A stretch of DNA of 63,179 bases, the filler included, from Octopus bimaculoides (taxonomy: Eukaryota): the NCBI RefSeq assembly GCF_001194135.2. It is 3 parts of 2 records of this genome, joined end to end, with 100 filler letters (N's around TTAATTAATTAA, not from the genome) between each part and the next. Parts side by side here need not be neighbours in the genome. Positions count along the whole stretch, not along the records: positions 1 to 26,799 come from NC_068987.1; 2 more parts are not named here. One strand, given 5' to 3'. The translations under genes were made by a program, and so were the position numbers. How positions within the stretch are numbered: the first letter of the stretch is position 1; the number at the start of each line of letters is the position of its first letter. Below the pieces are notes generated by a model. It worked only from the letters and a program-made list of their open reading frames with translations, had not been told where the DNA came from and did no database searches. Shown one piece after another: positions 1 to 12,960 of the stretch.

Positions 1-31
<31 letters not shown>

Positions 32-32
32 A

Positions 33-238
33 ACACATTGCGTGTGTATCTTGTATTTGTCACCACAGCTTAACTATCGGTGTTGGTTTGATTACATCCC
101 CGTGACTTTGTGGTTCAGTAAAAGGAATCGATAGAATAAGTATTAGGATTTAAAAATTAAAATATGTACTGGGGTCGATTCATTTGACTAAAAACTTTTC
201 AAGTCCAATGACTGAAGTAAGTAAAATATAAAAGACAA
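33..238 (+). mobile_element. 3' half of tRNA-derived SINE, family C
   Basis: Matches the 3' part of the family C copies at 11207-11580, 27510-27930 and 55010-55566 (read as reverse complement): gatagaataagta...tactggggtcgattcatttgactaaaa...gactgaagtaagtaaaa. Confidence 0.7.
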
Positions 239-710
239 AAATATGTCCTTCCAATAACAATTAAAAAAAATTATCAACATCATTCATGTGAGCCTGACGT
301 TGACATTTTGTTTTAGACGGTAAAGATAATCTAACTACATCGATTGGTTTATTGTTTCGTCTCCGTAGTCGTACATCCAACTTTCGCTACCGAGTATGAT
401 TCGTTCGATATAGTGCACAATAGCATTTGACACATATATACAGATACCTGTTTCATCACAAAAGTCAGATAGTCATGCGATGATTTTCGCAGACCACACC
501 ACGTACTCAATCTGATCGCCACCTGTTATAGCTGACTGGATACACATTCGTTCTAACATGTGTATGTCTACGACTCAGTGACGCAGAATGATGGAGCTAT
601 AATTTTGACTGAAATTCAAGGTCACCCATACAAAGGACTGTATTCACGAGCACGCATCGTCGGATGGATGGAGCATTGCTTAAAATGTTCGGCTTCCTTT
701 TAGCTATGTC

Positions 711-716
<6 letters not shown>

Positions 717-803
<87 letters not shown>
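717..803. repeat. (CA)n(TA)n microsatellite
   Basis: Perfect dinucleotide tracts seen directly. Confidence 0.95.
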
Positions 804-1573
804 AGCACATGTACATTCACATATATACGCATACACATACACAAATACAGAAGTGTGTGTATGCATGATCGAATGGTTAAGACGTTCGTTTTGCAATCAT
901 ATTCTTCAATCTTTTTTATATTTTGAAATTGGCCAATTAGAGGTTGGATATCAACTTTGGGGAAAAAAATCCGTTGATGCCAAATTTAGAAAGGTCGCGT
1001 CAGGGATATCGGCTGTCAAGTGCTTAGCCTTGCCATCCAAACAACGGATAAGGAGTAATTCGTGAGTAGATGTGTTGTAGAGGTGCAGCAAACAAGGTTT
1101 TGGTTGTAGAACCATGGTTTCTTCCTCTGTACCACCTCCCTCAAACGCTTCAGGAAACCCAACTCATGTAAAAAATCCCATGATCGATTGTTTAGGCCCA
1201 AGAAATAAAATTATGACGCAGGACTGGTATGTGGTAAGAAGTTTGTTTTCCACCCTCATGATTCAAAATTCAAATGACTAGATTGCATTGAGAGTGTATG
1301 TCTTCTACCATAACCATGGATTCATTGCAGTCTGGAGAGTAAAACTTGGTAGAAGGACGGAAACTGTGAAATCCCGCTGGACAGAACGTGTCTGTAATAT
1401 ATAGAACTAGCCTTGTCACAGACTTGATTCTGTCTTTTAATTAAGAATACGCGTGTCTGTGAAATACTCAGCCATATACTAGCTAGTGCAATGAATGGGT
1501 AATTCAGTTGAGTGAATAACTGGAATAGAAATCATCGAATACGACGGAGGATATATTTGATTTGTTTGTATGT

Positions 1574-2781
1574 GCTAGGGTTGGCCGAAAAGTTCATAGA
1601 CTGACCAAAATACTTCAATCGAATGTGACCGAATGAGATCTAATGACAGTCTTCCTTGCGATCCACAAGCTTCTTCCATCAGTACTGCAGTGCTTGGATC
1701 CCATTGGTGAAGAAAAAAAAAGTCATCACCGGTAGATATGACGTCATCATCAGCTGGTTCTTAGCCAAGTGTTTTTTCATACTGGGGAAACAGATGATAG
1801 TCAGATGAGGCCAAATCAGAAGAATAAGGAGGGTGATTAACCAGTTGAAAGCCACAACTACGCACAGCAGCCATTGAAACGAAGTATTTGTTTACTGGAG
1901 CATTGTTCTCATGAAACAAGATCCCTTTCGTCAGTTTTCGCGGCCATTTGGTCTTGATAGCCTTTCATAACTGCCTCAGTAAGTTGGCATAATACTCTCT
2001 ATTGATGGTGTGGCCCTTTTGAAGATATTCGATAAACACAATGACTTTTGCATTCCGAAATACTGAGACTGTCACCTTCCCTGCAGATGAAACGATCTTG
2101 GCCTTCTTTGGAACAGGTGAGGAGAGGTATTTCCATTGCATGGATTGTCTCTTCGTGTCTCTTCGTGTCTTTTCGTGTCTGACTCATCCTGCCTTAGGAA
2201 ATGTTCGAGGAAACAAGTTGGATGTGCCTCAGACAATGTCAGATTCTCCCGTGATGTGACCAACTTGGTGTGTTTTTGATCAGGTGTCAGAAGACGTGGC
2301 TCCAACTGAACAGAAATCGTCGTGTTCATTGTGCAAAACATCCATGAGATATGCTAATAGCATTGTCTATTTGTTTCATTGTCAATCGTCTGTCGTCCAT
2401 CAGCATGTAGTGAACACGACCAATGTTTTCATCAGTGGTGGCAGTTTCAGTATCTTCGCTTCCTAAATCCAACTACCCACGTTTGCACTGTTGATGAAGC
2501 AGGAGCGTCATTCCCTAATGTAGCAACAATGTCAGCATGAATGTCCTTGGTGGGGGGCGGCTTAAATCCTTTTTCTACAGGTACAAGATTATACCGCGAT
2601 GCCAAATTTTGTCTAGTTTCAAGAGACGTCGCGGATAGTTACATTTGAATTGTTCTCTGAATAGTCAGATATCAGTACACCTGCAAAGAAACAAGTACAG
2701 TTATTAATAAAAAGAATTGAAATTAATGCAAGATTTCATAGCTCTAGCATCACTTTGATAGCACTATTCAGCCCACCCTCC
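1574..2781 (-). mobile_element. Decayed mariner-like DNA transposon, about 1.2 kb, both ends recognisable
   Basis: Minus-strand translation gives QLEPRLLTPDQK (WVPxxL-like), FLRQDES, GILFHENNAPVN and HPPYSSDLASSDYHLFP (YSPDLAPSD motif). Degenerate TIRs agggttggccgaaaagt / actattcagcccaccctcc, with TA after the right end. Frameshifts and stops throughout. Confidence 0.85.
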
Positions 2782-3062
2782 TATGTATGTATGTATGTAT
2801 GGATGGATGGATGGATGGATGGATGAATATCCGAATGGATGTGTGTATGTATGTGTATGCATGTGTATATGTATGTACCTTTGTACGTATGTATGCATGT
2901 GTGTATATGTTTGCTTGCATGCATGTGTATATGTATATATGTATTTGTGTGCGCATGTATACATGTATGTATGTATGCATGTATGTATGTATGCATGTAT
3001 GTGTGTATGTAAATGTATGTTTCTTTGATTTTATGCAGGAGCACTCGTGTGTATGTGTTTAT
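2782..3062. repeat. Compound (TATG)n/(GATG)n/(TG)n microsatellite
   Basis: Seen directly; source of the spurious MYVC/HTYI ORFs. Confidence 0.9.
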
Positions 3063-3443
3063 GTAGGTGTATATGCGTCATTGTGCTTGTGCAGTTAACA
3101 ATATAGTTAAGATTATGGGTTACTTAGTTATTAGGAGTGAGCATTTTTGATTGTTAACTAATATGAAGTAGATGTCGACGCAGAAATGATATTAACTCAG
3201 GTGAATAAACCCTGTTTCTTCCCTAATACAGGCGTCCAATCATTTTTGATTCAATGATATAACAACTAACACGTATACAATCACCTCTTACATAATCAAA
3301 CACATATCTAAGATATTTATGTGCATATTTTTTGTGTCAACCTTTCAGATGCAAAAAAATAACACATCATGTCATTGTAGTGTTATAAAGTCGTAAACAT
3401 TTATTTGGACGATGCATTAATTATTCATAAAAATTAGATACTG

Positions 3444-3637
3444 ATTTCAAATTTTGGCACAAGGCCAGAAATTTCAGGTTAGTGGGTAAGTCGATTACAT
3501 CAACCGCAGTACTTATTTTATCGACTTCAAAAGGATGAAAGACAAAGTCAAACTCGGCGGAATTTGAACTCAGAATGTGAAAACGGACGAAATACCGCTA
3601 AGCATTTCGCCCGGAGTGCTTAACGATTCTGCCAGTT
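3444..3637 (-). mobile_element. tRNA-derived SINE, family A
   Basis: Reverse complement reads ctggcagaatcgtta...ctgagttcaaattccgccgagtttgactttgtctttcatcc...ggccttgtgccaaaatttgaaatc; A-box-like and B-box-like words present; same as the 34.7-37.2 kb units. Confidence 0.85.
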
Positions 3638-4224
3638 AACAAAATTAAATATTAAACACAACTATTTACTTGTTTAATTCCAGGTCTGCCTTGACTAACT
3701 CGTACCCACTCCATGATTACTTTGTCGCAATATAAATGCAAACTCGATATTTGATGGAAATTTGGATGGTCTTTCTTAGCAAATAATGCGCGTCTTCGTA
3801 GCTTTCACGCCTTGTCTGCTTTGCACTGCCTTGGATCCTCTGACAGCTGAATAATGGAAGTCTTAATGCAAATATATTTCCTAAATTGGTACACATGATA
3901 GTGATTTGAGGAACGTTTGGGACAACTGGAGTCAAAGGTAGGATTTTTCCCATCTCCTTGATGGTTAGTTCTCTTTCCAAAGTGATCGGCCTCCTTAAGA
4001 ACTGATCCTCTCAGCTTCAGACGATTTGTTACCGGACGAAGATTTTGGACGTCAAGTTCTGTTTTATAAAAATCATTGAAGCGTTTCTTCAATGTTACTT
4101 ATGATTCTTTTCTTCAGAAGAGAGAGTAACGTAGATCTCATTGACAACGTCTAGTATTCCACCAAAGCTGCTAAACAAATTATGGTGATTAGATGGATAG
4201 GGATGCGAAAATAATTAGAGGCTG

Positions 4225-4425
4225 ATACATACATACATACATACATACATACATACATACATGCATGCATACATACGTACCTACATACATAGGTACGTAC
4301 ATACATACGAACATACATAAGTACATACATACGTACATACGTACATACATGCATACATGCATACATACATACATGCATGAATGCATACATACATACATAC
4401 ATATATGCACATGTGTACATATATG
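4225..4425. repeat. (TACA)n microsatellite
   Basis: Seen directly. Confidence 0.9.
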
Positions 4426-5821
4426 GTAGATCAACTCGTGACTGGGTAAGATCATTTCCTAATCTCAGTAAGTCCGTGCAAACGTTCCAAAAGTCCAAGC
4501 AGTTCCTGCAACTGAATTTGCTTTCAGTGAATAAATTGTTGCACAGCACTGAACACACTTTTCAACGCAACCAACTATAAAACCAATGATACAATACAAA
4601 TTGAGACTACTAGAAACCAACAGTATTTCAACATTTCCTACACAACTTCATCTTCTAGAAAGAAGTTTTCACGACAAATGGAGGTCCATATAATCCAGCA
4701 TATAATCCACTGGGAGTGAAGATGCTCTACACGGGGGTCAAACTAAGCCTGGGAACGATAGTATTTTAGAGATGGCTTCAAGCTCACAAAACCATGGAGT
4801 TCTCGTACCAGGGCTTCCAATACTGGATGCAGTTTTAAGTCATAAACAGGTCATACATTGAACGGGGTTTCTAGAGTTCTGAGGACTGTAAAACAACTTC
4901 TCAGGCACTATTGTTTTCATGACTACTTACATATAAACATTTATACATACACATGCGCATACAAATATTTACACACACACACACACGTATGTATGTATGT
5001 ATGTATGTATGTATGTATGTATGTATTCATACATGCAAACATACATACATACGCCTTACGTACTTTGGTTCTTTCTAGCTTTATGTTGTCATTGTCAGGG
5101 TGTCTTTAAGTTAGTGGAAGAATGTGAAGGTAAATGTCATTATATATATGTGTGTGTGTATGTGTGTGTGTGTGTATATTTCTCTGTCTGTATGTGCGTA
5201 TATATATTATGTCTATACATAGTATATATACGTATATATTATATATATATATATATAATATACACGCATACACAGAGGCATACGCACACACACACACACA
5301 CAAATAATATATACATGTCTATATGCATAACACACACGCATGCACATACAAACGCACAATATGAATATGTATGTATGCATGCATACACACGTACATACAT
5401 ATGCATGCAATCAGGCATGCATACTTACTGGTANNNNNNNNNNNNNNNNNNNNNNNNNNNNNNNNNNNNNNNNNNNNNNNNNNNNNNNNNNNNNNNNNNN
5501 NNNNNNNNNNNNNNNNNNNNNNNNNNNNNNNNNTTGGAAAAGGATGCGTGACATTCGATCATATAATAATATAAATAATATATGAATATATGCATATATC
5601 TATACATATATGTACATACCTGTACATATATGTACATCTATATGTATACATACATGCCTATATGGGTGCAGGACATCAAAAAAATAAAAGTTAAACACAA
5701 TGAGAAACGAAAACAAAAAAACGAAAACATAGAAAATGAACTTTTTTCGAACAACGAAAAAAAAACAGAGAAACGAGACATGCAACATAAAGAGTATACC
5801 CCTTCGTCGGTTGTCTCTGTT

Positions 5822-6536
5822 TCATCTACTCCGCATTTCGAAGGCAAGGACAATATGTGACTTCGTTGAAACAGTCCTTCCCGCAAAGCAAATTAAATAA
5901 AATTTGAGATTTTTTGCAGATGGTGAAAGTGTTAACAAGAACAGGACAGTGAGAACAAGGCNNNNNNNNNNGGTGAAAGTGTTAACAAGAACAGGACAGT
6001 GAGAACAAGGCAATGAGAACAAGGCAGTAAAAACAAACGGTGAGGGCTGTTGAGCCAAGACGATAGAAAAATTAATATGAACGCTAGGTAGACGAGCCAT
6101 GAGAAGATAGGAAAGGCACGTCTTTTCTTTAGGAAGGAAGTGGACATATATATATGTATATATGTATGTATGTATATGTCTGTCTTTAACTGATTTTGAT
6201 GAGTCTCTCTGATTTTTCTCGTACGTACTATATGTGTGGGACGCCGCCGGGAGTGATACCAATCGCTCTGTCTGTAACACCAAGAGTGAGCAGGCTGCAA
6301 AATCAAGGAGGTGTTCGAAGACCTTCTCAGGGATAGGAAAGGAAAGCATATGCCAAGTTCCGGAGCATTTTTGAGGCTGGGGTGGAAAATGAGCGCGGCT
6401 ACTTTGAGTAAACTGTTATCTCCCAGGCATAACCGAGTTGGTATTATTTATTTTCCAAAATACATATATTTTGGAATGGAATATTGTGTTTTATTTTCCT
6501 TTTATACAAACTGTCAAATTTAGCTCATGTGCCCTG
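5822..6536 (+). mobile_element. Fragmented maT (DD37D)-like Tc1/mariner transposon, 3' end with TIR
   Basis: 6225-6410 encodes a frameshifted C-terminus (DTNRSVCNTKSE...KIKEVFEDL...GYFE*) homologous to the 48735-49605 copy. Right end caaactgtcaaatttagctcatgtgccctg|ta matches that copy's TIR. Assignment of 5822-6130 as the N-terminal part is weaker. Confidence 0.7.
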
Positions 6537-6594
6537 TATATATGTGTGTGAATGTGTGTATATATATATAGAAAGAAAGAAAGAAAGAACTACA

Positions 6595-6830
6595 AACAAT
6601 GGGACAAGAACGCAAAACAACCGGACAGTTAGATGATACGAAAAACGGACAACAAAACATCCAGACAGATGATACAAAAAGACAAGAAAAACAAGGACTG
6701 GTCATTCAGAGTTTTCTTTCCTCAGTCGAGTTCCAGATTATCTTTGCAATTTCGGCTGGTTATACTCGAGATTGCTCCAATCTGGCTAGCCCCAAGGAAA
6801 TATTAAGCTAAGAGCACTAGATTTTTTCGT
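6595..6830 (+). repeat. Unclassified interspersed repeat, copy 1
   Basis: Clear homology to the reverse complement of 10280-10505 (shared cagtcgag.tccagattatctttgcaatttcggctggttat.ctcga.attgctccaat). Confidence 0.8.
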
Positions 6831-7835
6831 CTAAGTATTATCTTCCTTATTACTTCCTTTTCTTTCTCAACAGTTACAACAGCGATGGCTCATTACGTCA
6901 TTTTCTCTAAACTAGAATTTTCACGTTCATATTTGAATTTTTCGCGTTTCAACTTTTCTGTTTTTTTACTCATTCCCAAAGTTGACGAACATTTAGCGAT
7001 ACGTAAAACCAAATCTCTAGTGAGACTTTTAATTTATTTATGTACTCGAAGAGACCCNNNNNNNNNNNNNNNNNNNNNNNNNNNNNNNNNNNNNNNNNNN
7101 NNNNNNNNNNNNNNNNNNNNNNNNNNNNNNNNNNNNNNNNNNNNNNNNNNNNNNNNNNNNNNNNNNNNNNNNNNNNNNNNNNNNNNNNNNNNNNNNNNNN
7201 NNNNNNNNNNNNNNNNNNNNNNNNNNNNNNNNNNNNNNNNNNNNNNNNNNNNNNNNNNNNNNNNNNNNNNNNNNNNNNNNNNNNNNNNNNNNNNNNNNNN
7301 NNNNNNNNNNNNNNNNNNNNNNNNNNNNNNNNNNNNNNNNNNNNNNNNNNNNNNNNNNNNNNNNNNNNNNNNNNNNNNNNNNNNNNNNNNNNNNNNNNNN
7401 NNNNNNNNNNNNNNNNNNNNNNNNNNNNNNNNNNNNNNNNNNNNNNNNNNNNNNNNNNNNNNNNNNNNNNNNNNNNNNNNNNNNNNNNNNNNNNNNNNNN
7501 NNNNNNNNNNNNNNNNNNNNNNNNNNNNNNNNNNNNNNNNNNNNNNNNNNNNNNNNNNNNNNNNNNNNNNNNNNNNNNNNNNNNNNNNNNNNNNNNNNNN
7601 NNNNNNNNNNNNNNNNNNNNNNNNNNNNNNNNNNNNNNNNNNNNNNNNNNNNNNNNNNNNNNNNNNNNNNNNNNNNNNNNNNNNNNNNNNNNNNNNNNNN
7701 NNNNNNNNNNNNNNNNNNNNNNNTATATATATATTTGTGTGTGCGTGTATATAAATAAATATATATATGTACACACACATAAAGTGATATCAAACAGATA
7801 TATAACTATAAATACACACACACACACACACATAC

Positions 7836-8070
7836 GGTGCATGGCTCACAGTCATGAAGTAGTGAGTTCGATTCCCGGACAGGGATGTGTGTTGTGTTCT
7901 TGAGCGAGGCACTTTATTTCACGTTGCTGCAGTTTATTCAGCTGTAGAAATGAGTTGTGACCTCACTGGAGCCAAACTGTATCGGTTTTTGCTTTTCCTC
8001 TGGATAACATCGGTGGCATGGAGAGGGTATGCATGGGCGACTGTGGGTCTTCCATAAACAACCTTGCGGA
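7836..8070 (+). mobile_element. tRNA-derived SINE, family B (V-domain-like core)
   Basis: B-box gagttcgattcc followed by gttgtgttcttgagcgaggcactttatttcacgttgct; homologous to 43405-43706 and 59128-59412. Confidence 0.75.
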
Positions 8071-8574
8071 TGTGTATGTATATACATACACATGTGTTTA
8101 TGTACATGTGTATTTGTACATACCTGTATGTATGTGTATAATATGTATATATTTATATATATTTATATGCATATATGTGTGTGTGTATGTATTTATATAT
8201 ATATATATTTATGTATGTATGTATGTGTGTATACCTGTATGTATTGATCTGTGTGTGTTTGATCTGCAAGCAAGCACATTCAGTATTTTCGCCTTCTCTT
8301 AGTAAGTTGCGATTTGACGATAAGCTAAGTACTGTTTCTAGTATGGCCAACTAAAATGTCCAGGGTCACCCGTTGACATACGCAGATGGAGATATAATTT
8401 GTAGATGTTGATGTTGTTGTTACTCATCGTATGTGTGTGTGTGTGTGTGTGTGTGTGCTCGCACGTGTGAGTGTGTAGGTATGTATATACGTATATATGC
8501 TTGTATGTATATATGTATGTATGTATGCATGTATTTATGTATGTATTATTATTAGTAGTAGTAGAAGTACTTGT

Positions 8575-8790
8575 AAGGTGGCGAGCTGGCAGAATCGTTA
8601 GTGCGCCGGACAAAATGTTTAGTGGCATTTCTACTGGCTTTATATTCTGAATTCATATTCCGCCGCGATCACCTTTAACTTTTATTCTTTCGGAGTCGTT
8701 AAAATAAAGTACCACTCAAATACAGGGTCGATGAAATCAACTGGTCTCTTCCCCATAAATGTTCAGGGCTTGTGCTCATAGCAGAAAGGA
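8575..8790 (+). mobile_element. tRNA-derived SINE, family A
   Basis: aaggtggcgagctggcagaatcgttagtgcgccgg...aaataaagtacc...gggcttgtgctcatagcagaaagga. Confidence 0.85.
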
Positions 8791-9457
8791 CTGTTGATCC
8801 AATGAAAACTATGATCAAATCTAATCGTGGACATACATGAAAAAAGAAAATTGAGGAATTGTGTAGCTAAGACTATATTATTTATTGCGCCTATGTATTT
8901 GTTAAAAAGCACGGTATGATATAAGGCAGACATAACTACTACTTTTAGCAGGTCACTGGTCCACGTACAGGCTCACTTGTTAGCAGCTAATTCGCAGTTG
9001 ATTTCATTATTACAATATTTGTAGGTGTATTTAATCTCCAACACTCGAATATTTTTTACGTCCAAAGAAAATTGAAGAACATCACCTCCTCCACACCACA
9101 TAACTAATAAATCAACCAAAGAGAAAACAAACAAAACATCACCACACCCACTACAACCACTACCACTAGCTGAAGCAGCAGTAGCAGCATCACCGCTGCC
9201 GCTGCCATCACCTAAATACAACCTACTAATAACCAAAAAACAAACAAACAATCCCCCGTTCTTAGTCTCATTAAATATAAGGAAGTCTCAGAAAATATGT
9301 CCAATTATAGAGATTAAGCCGATTTTGCTTTATGTTGTTTTCTGATTGGCTGTCGAGAAGTTTGTAATAGCTTCAGATTGAATTCAATCTATAATCTTCA
9401 TGTTTTTGTACACAGAAGATATATACACGCTTGCACATTCACGCGCGCACGCACGCA

Positions 9458-9525
<68 letters not shown>

Positions 9526-9956
9526 NNNNNNNNNNNNNNNNNNNNNNNNNNNNNNNNNNNNNNNNNNNNNNNNNNNNNNNNNNNNNNNNNNNNNNNNNNN
9601 NNNNNNNNNNNNNNNNNNNNNNNNNNNNNNNNNNNNNNNNNNNNNNNNNNNNNNNNNNNNNNNNNNNNNNNNNNNNNNNNNNNNNNNNNNNNNNNNNNNN
9701 NNNNNNNNNNNNNNNNNNNNNNNNNNNNNNNNNNNNNNNNNNNNNNNNNNNNNNNNNNNNNNNNNNNNNNNNNNNNNNNNNNNNNNNNNNNNNNNNNNNN
9801 NNNNNNNNNNNNNNNNNNNNNNNNNNNNNNNNNNNNNNNNNNNNNNNNNNNNNNNNNNNNNNNNNNNNNNNNNNNNNNNNNNNNNNNNNNNNNNNNNNNN
9901 NNNNNNNNNNNNNNNNNNNNNNNNNNNNNNNNNNNNNNNNNNNNNNNNNNNNNNNN

Positions 9957-10505
9957 NTTCCTTGTCATTTTTTCTTGCCCCTCCATAATTCTTTTGTGCC
10001 TCTGCCTCTCTCTCTTCTCTTCCCACGTGACCGGTGGTCGGCCAAGCCTGACCTTTCTTTTTTGGGGCGGCCGTTGTGCGTGCAACAAAGTTATTTCTCC
10101 CTGTGCCTGTGAAATCTTGTATCCCGGCTGTAAGGCCTTATTTCCATATACGTCAGCTTAATTTCATTCGTCCTTAGTCGAAAGACATCTGTTGTTATGT
10201 CCTGTTATTATTCCTACTGTATTTGTGTAACATTGTTCGTTTTTTCCCGTCCTTGTTTTTGTATACATTCGCTGCTTTCTCCCAAGGAGTCTAATGCTCT
10301 TAGCTTAGTTTTTTGCTTGGGGCTGGCCATATTGGAGCAATATCGAGAATAACCAGCCGAAATTGCAAAGATAATCTGGATCTCGACTGAAGAGAGAGAA
10401 CTCCGATTGACATGACCGTGTTTTCTTTGTATCGTCTATCTGTATGTTTTGTCCCTTTCTTGTATCACCGAACTGTCTGGATGTTTTGAGTTCTTGTCCC
10501 ATTCT
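9957..10505 (-). repeat. Unclassified interspersed repeat, copy 2 (longer, inverted relative to 6595-6830)
   Basis: Homology to 6595-6830; left end lost in an N gap. Confidence 0.75.
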
Positions 10506-10506
10506 G

Positions 10507-10544
<38 letters not shown>

Positions 10545-11082
10545 ACAGACTCACTTTTATATATGTATATGCGTATGTATGCGTACATACACATATATGT
10601 ATGTGTCTGTGGGTATGGATATCAATGTATATATGTTTGAATATGTATACACATACGCACACACCTATTTATGTGTGTGTATGTATACAAACATACACAC
10701 ACATACTTACGTGTGGGACTGTTTCTCTGTATCTGTCTGTCTGCCCGTGCGTCTGTTTTTTTTCTTCATATATACCCATCCTCGGCTCTTGAGTATTACT
10801 ATTTCTTCCACGATCTCTGGAGCTGTTAATTATTTCAGAAGGGTCTTTTACCCTTCTTGTATAGTAGACATTCTAAGAGACACACCGCATTTGGCTCTCA
10901 CACTTGGTATGCTCAGTTGTATGAAAAATAGAAATCGAATACTTGTGCTTAACTGACACTTTATCGATCCTCAAGGGATGAGAGGCAAAGTTAACCTCTG
11001 CGAGATCAGAATTGAGAGAACACAGAGACGGAATAAGTTCTGCAAGACATGTCTGTAAACCATTTCAGTGAATACTCTAAAG

Positions 11083-11687
11083 CAACGGTTCTAAACCGGA
11101 GCCCACATGGCCATGGAGGGTGGGTCCATGTAAGGTCTTGTTGCTTTTATTTCTACAACGCACAAAATATTTTAACAATTCTTTTAGACGGTTTCTAATA
11201 ATCTATTATCTTTTATCTTTTACTTGTTTCAGTCATTAGTCTATAGCCTTGCTGGGGCACCGCATTGAAAAAACTTTTTATCAAATAAATCGACCCCAGT
11301 ACATTTTTTAAAGTCTGGTACTTATTCTATCGGTTTCTTTAACCGAACTGCTAAGTTACGGGTACATAAAAACACTAACACCGGTTTGTCAAGCGGAGGA
11401 GGGGTACAAGCACAGTCACAAAGACACAAAGATGACGGGCTTCTTTCAGTTTCCGTCTACCAAATCCACTCACAAAGCTTTGATCGGCGCGAGGCTATAA
11501 CAGAAGACACTTACAGTGGGACTGAACCCGGACGTATGCGGTGGGGAAACAAGCCTCTTACCATACAGCTTCGCTTGCGTATGAAAATACAACAGGAATT
11601 TTTAAAACATCGCATGGCTAGGAGGGTCCATCCGAGTAAAACAGGAATTAAAGGGATCCATAGGAAAAATGTAGTTGAGAAATACTG
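11083..11687 (-). mobile_element. hAT-type MITE interrupted by a SINE
   Basis: Ends caacggttctaaacc / agttgagaaatactg resemble CAGnGGTTCTCAACC TIRs. Flanking 8-mers ctctaaag / ctctgaaa match 6/8 (8-bp TSD is typical of hAT). Interior homologous to 44944-45286. Confidence 0.7.
11207..11580 (-). mobile_element. tRNA-derived SINE, family C, near full length
   Basis: Reverse complement: ctgtatggtaagaggcttgtttccccacc...cgggttcagtcccactg...ttggtagacggaaactgaaagaagcccgtc...gactgaaacaagtaaaagataaaagata. Confidence 0.9.
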
Positions 11688-12780
11688 CTCTGAAACAGTA
11701 CTTTTTAAAGCGGGCAGGAGCGTACCCGGGGAAACGGTGGAAGAATTTATATGAGTACAGGGGATAATGAAGGCAGTAGGCGGAGGCAGATACATTTGTA
11801 CATTTTCTATTAGTGTTTGTATACTATCTAAATATTAACTTAAAGAAAAATAAATCTATTTTGATAAAGTATTCGTTAGCCACAATCACATCAACAAAGC
11901 CAATAGCACAAGATCAACGATGATATCAAATTCTGAAGTAAATAAAGAAAACCGAATATATATCAGCAAGGCGTGTAAATTAAAACAATAAAGAAGTGAA
12001 ATTTTACAAGACATTGCTAAAATTATTGAGGTTTTCTATTTATGCAATTATGACAACCTATGCACCTGTTGCGTTAGCATCTGGACTGGTGTAATATATA
12101 TATATATATACTATTTTCAACTCTAAGCACAGACCCGAAATTTTTTGGGAGNNNNNNNNNNNNNNNNNNNNNNNNNNNNNNNNNNNNNNNNNNNNNNNNN
12201 NNNNNNNNNNNNNNNNNNNNNNNNNNNNNNNNNNNNNNNNNNNNNNNNNNNNNNNNNNNNNNNNNNNNNNNNNNNNNNNNNNNNNNNNNNNNNNNNNNNN
12301 NNNNNNNNNNNNNNNNNNNNNNNNNNNNNNNNNNNNNNNNNNNNNNNNNNNNNNNNNNNNNNNNNNNNNNNNNNNNNNNNNNNNNNNNNNNNNNNNNNNN
12401 NNNNNNNNNNNNNNNNNNNNNNNNNNNNNNNNNNNNNNNNNNNNNNNNNNNNNNNNNNNNNNNNNNNNNNNCATACATATGTATATATATATGCGTATTG
12501 TGTGTGAGTGTGTGTGCAAATATAATTTTGTTCTGCTATGAAACCCTTTTAGTCGTATCACAGACTAAAACCTTTTCTATGCAAATGACTCGAGGGAGCA
12601 TGTGATCCCTTTTTCATCTCTGCTTTTCTTTTTTTATGCTGTATATTAACCTTACCTTATACGTACGAACACCAATATATCTTCAATTAAAACTATAACA
12701 AGAAAACATTTATGGGAAAACGTATTTTAATATTGATATATATAAATGCAAAGAAAGGTGACAAGATGTCAGAATCAAGC

Positions 12781-12960
12781 GAGATGCTAAGCGGCATTTC
12801 GTCCGTTTTTACGTTCTAAGTTCAAATTCCGCTGAGGTCGACTTTGCCTTTCATCCTTTCAGGATCGATAATTTAAGTACCAGTCAAGTACTGAGGTCGA
12901 TGTGATTGACTATCCTCCTCCCCACGAATTCCAGACCTTGTGCCTATAGTAGAAAGGCTA
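12781..12960 (+). mobile_element. tRNA-derived SINE, family A (5'-truncated)
   Basis: ctaagttcaaattccgctgaggtcgactttgcctttcatcctttcaggatcgataatttaagtaccag...ccttgtgcctatagtagaaagg. Confidence 0.85.

Noticed and set aside
2764-3098. Cys/Val/Tyr/His-rich ORFs (CVCV, YIYI, HTHT) here and throughout the window
   Set aside because: Dinucleotide and tetranucleotide microsatellite translations.
5922-6011. Exact 40-bp tandem duplication
   Set aside because: The copies sit on either side of a 10-N gap, which indicates an unmerged contig overlap.
6885-7903. Long ORFs of 250-350 aa here and at 9378-10161, 22751-23716 and 60941-61626
   Set aside because: They are open only because they run through N gaps. 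The single real part is the GIY-YIG segment at 22622-22888.
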